Assembly: GCF_006345805.1 (NCBI RefSeq)
Contig: NC_043000.1
Span: 89,962,001 to 90,026,000, forward strand
Direction of reading: 5' to 3'
Source: Octopus sinensis
Taxonomy: Eukaryota
DNA length: 64,000 nucleotides
Part shown: positions 60,607 to 64,000 of the stretch, one piece after another
How positions within the stretch are numbered: the stretch's first letter is position 1
Layout: the number at the start of each line of letters is the position of its first letter
Program-made: the position numbers and the translations under genes
Notes under the pieces: model-generated
Told to the model about the DNA's origin: nothing
Seen by the model: the letters and a program-made list of their open reading frames with translations, nothing else
Database searches by the model: none

Positions 60607-62833
60607 TCTCTTATTATAAAAGGCAGATTTTATCTGCCTCCCTTTGTCAGTTATAGAAATCTACAATATAGGATTTCTTCAATTACAATTTACTTAGCAT
60701 TTTTAAGAGTAGAATGCATCGGGTTTTGCCAGGTCCACTTTTTAAAATTTAAACTCCAATTAAGCAAAATTTACAGAAAACTCACATTTTGGTGTGTATG
60801 TCAAATGCTTTTCTTAATGTGGTTTACACCACACACACAGTGTGCAACGAATAAAATGAAAGTAATTCACCTTTTGTAGTGAGTGACTCTTTCAGTCTGC
60901 CACTTCCTCTTTACACACATAGACACGCAAATATATAAATAAAATTGTAAGCTAACGTGCGTGTGTGTGTGAGGGTGTGTGTGTGTGTGTGTGTGTGCGT
61001 GCGTGTGCGTGAGTGTGTGACAGGAAAGTTTTTTAGGACGAATATAAGACCTATATCGGCGATGTTTCGCTTGTCGTAGCACAGGTTTCCGTCGATTTCC
61101 GTAAAAAACTTTTATTTTTTTACATAAGTAATGAGAGCGAAAGAGACTAAGAGAAAGCGCTTGTATGACGAGGGGAGTTCTTTTGAAGTTACCGTGCATG
61201 GGACGCATTGATGTACATGTGTGTGTGTGTGTGTGTTTGATGGAGTGTGGGAGACAGACAGTATGTTGTGTAAGTGAAGTGCTTCTGTTAGTGTGTGTGA
61301 AGAGACAGAGAGAGTAATGTGTGAAAGAGAGAGATAACTGAATTTTTTTACTCGGTGTATGTGTAAATGTATGTATGCATGTATGTGTGTGTGTGTATGT
61401 ATGTGTGTGTGTATGTATGTATGTATGTATGGCCGATTCAGTGTTTACATTTTTTACGGAAATCGACGGAAACGTGTGCTACGACAAGCGAAACATCGCC
61501 CCTATATCCAAGTAGCAGAAAGATCGCCCAAAAGTGTATATAGATATTTAAATGTATTTATATATTCATCTATACACAGATGTATGTATAATGTGTGTGT
61601 ATATATTTCCATACACGTAACCATTCACTCCGCACAAAGTTTTTTAGGACGAAAATAAGATCTAAAGTTATCTCTAAGTAGCACAGAGATCGCCCAAAAG
61701 TGTATATAGATATATAAATGTATTTATATATTCATCTATGCACACATGTATGTATAACGTGTGTGTATATATTTCCATAGAGGTAACCATTCACTCCATA
61801 CAAAGTTTTTTAGCACGAAAATAAGATCTAAAGTTATCTCTAAGAAACAGAAAGATCGCCCAAAAGTGTATATAGATATTTAAATGTATTTATATATTCA
61901 TCTATACACACATGTATGTATAATGTGCGTGTATATATTTCCATAGAGGTAACCATTCAATCCATACAAAGTTTTTTAGGACGAAAATATTTATATATAA
62001 AAGAAAGGTTGTGTGTCTGTCTACTCCGATTTAGATTCCTAACTACTCCCACATTTTGCGATGCAGTTTAACCAAAACCGGGTATCTTATAGTCGTGATT
62101 CATATCGAGCCCTTCTGGGTATTAGCGCGCATCTACGATGAGTCTATGATTTTACAAATAATTTACCATCATTTTTTTCCATTTTAATGCATATTTTTTA
62201 AAATAAACGGAAGTAACTCTCAAACTTCACACCAATATGCGTGCTCATATGCGACGTAATATCACAACAGCAGCATTTCCTCACACCCTCCTTGCACTTG
62301 GCGAAGGCAAAATACCAGGGGATGAAAATGGTAATATTGCCATCGATTCCATTTGTACCATTGTTAAGACGCCTTCTGATCTCAGAGATGCAGTGTTCCC
62401 AGATCTACAAGCTAATTATCAGAATATGGATTGGATTGGTAAAAAGGCTATACTGGCCCCGAGGAATAAAACTGTTCATCATATTAATGATGAAATGCTA
62501 AAACTCATTCTGGGGAAGTCTATGTATATCAGTCTATCGATACAACTCCTGACCCAGAGGACGTCATCAACTATCCAATAGAGGTACTCAATTCCTTTGA
62601 GCACCCCGGACTACCACCACACTTTCTCAAACTTAAAGTTGGTACCCCTATAATGCTCATCAGAAATTTGGTTCCCCCAAAACAATGCAATGGCACACGT
62701 TTGATCGTTAAGTCCTTATCTCCCACCGTAAGCTTATATCAATATTTGCCTGAATAATCATCATAATTCAGTGCAATCATTAACAGTACTTTCAAGCAAT
62801 TCAGCCCCGAGCAACGCCGGGCAATTCTGCTAG
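60607..62833 (+). mobile_element. Composite Helitron unit 1 (2227 bp)
   Basis: A|TCTCTTATTATAAAAGGCAG start (module A), internal repeats, module B 5' part at about 61989-62220, a Pif1 fragment, and the end CCCCGAGCAACGCCGGGCAATTCTGCTAG. Confidence 0.9.
62225..62730 (+). pseudogene. Helitron Rep/Hel Pif1 helicase fragment
   Basis: FPHTLLALGEG...AVFPDL...KKAILAPRNKTVHHIN; after a frameshift YPIEVLNSFEHPGLPPHFLKLKVGTPIMLIRNLVPPKQCNGTRLIVKSL. Confidence 0.88.
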
Positions 62834-64000
62834 TCTCTTATTATAAAAGGCAGATTTTATCTGCCTCCCTTTGTCACTTATAGAAATCTACAATATAGGA
62901 TTTTTTCAATTACAATTTACCTAGCATTTTTAAGAGTAGAATGCATCGGGTCATGCCAGGTCCAGTTTTTAAAATTTAAACTCCAATTAAGCAAAATTTA
63001 CAGAAAACTCACATTCTGGTGTGTATGTCAAATGCTTTTCTTAATGTGGTTTACACCACACACACAGTGTGCAACGAATAAAATGAAAGTAATTCACCTT
63101 TTGTAGTGAGTGACTCTTTCAGTCTGCCACTTCCTCTTTACACACATAGACACGCAAATATATAAATAAAATTGTAAGCTAACGTGCGTGTGTGTGTGAG
63201 GGTGTGTGTGTGTGTGTGTGTGTGCGTGCGTGTGCGTGAGTGTGTGACAGGAAAGTTTTTTAGGACGAATATAAGACCTATATCGGCGATGTTTCGCTTG
63301 TCGTAGCACAGGTTTCCGTCGATTTCCGTAAAAAACTTTTATTTTTTTACATAAGTAATGAGAGCGAAAGAGACTAAGAGAAAGCGCTTGTATGACGAGG
63401 GGAGTTCTTTTGAAGTTACCGTGCATGGGACGCATTGATGTACATGTGTGTGTGTGTGTGTGTTTGATGGAGTGTGGGAGACAGACAGTATGTTGTGTAA
63501 GTGAAGTGCTTCTGTTAGTGTGTGTGAAGAGACAGAGAGAGTAATGTGTGAAAGAGAGAGATAACTGAATTTTTTTACTCGGTGTATGTGTAAATGTATG
63601 TATGCATGTATGTGTGTGTGTGTATGTATGTGTGTGTGTGTATGTATGTATGTATGTATGGCCGATTCAGTGTTTACATTTTTTACGGAAATCGACGGAA
63701 ACGTGTGCTACGACAAGCGAAACATCGCCCCTATATCCAAGTAGCAGAAAGATCGCCCAAAAGTGTATATAGATATTTAAATGTATTTATATATTCATCT
63801 ATACACAGATGTATGTATAATGTGTGTGTATATATTTCCATACACGTAACCATTCACTCCGCACAAAGTTTTTTAGGACGAAAATAAGATCTAAAGTTAT
63901 CTCTAAGTAGCACAGAGATCGCCCAAAAGTGTATATAGATATATAAATGTATTTATATATTCATCTATGCACACATGTATGTATAACGTGTGTGTATATA
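62834..64000 (+). mobile_element. Composite Helitron unit 2 (head-to-tail tandem, runs off the window)
   Basis: Begins immediately after CTAG with TCTCTTATTATAAAAGG. ORFs 63094-63435 and 60867-61208 are identical, offset 2227 bp. Confidence 0.92.

Noticed and set aside
61515-61988. CRISPR-like array
   Set aside because: Whole units repeat with no unique spacers, the context is eukaryotic and there are no cas genes; the same applies to the other tandem repeats.

Overview
AT-rich, microsatellite-dense animal genomic DNA. The SINE and LINE repertoire resembles octopod cephalopods; this is inference from recalled repeat families, not a search result. The only confidently recognised host gene is the 5' end of Cullin-1 on the minus strand (coding exons 6131-5989 and 2404-2227, continuing off the left edge). 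Its non-coding first exon(s) probably lie in a relatively TE-poor, promoter-like block at about 29.6-34.4 kb. The rest is layered mobile DNA: tRNA-derived SINEs, RTE, CR1, Tx1-like and R4-like LINE remnants, several Penelope-like (PLE) fragments, and Tc1/mariner, hAT and piggyBac-type non-autonomous elements. A near-intact, recent CsRn1/Kabuki-type Gypsy element (40585-45626; GATT TSD, tRNA-Trp PBS) sits in one arm of a head-to-head PLE palindrome. A modular Helitron family has chimeric copies carrying different cargo, including a 2227-bp head-to-tail tandem with a Pif1 helicase fragment. The leads most worth a second look are the modular and tandem Helitrons, the PLE foldback with a degenerate hammerhead candidate, the Gypsy whose defects are nearly all indels, and several long hairpins.
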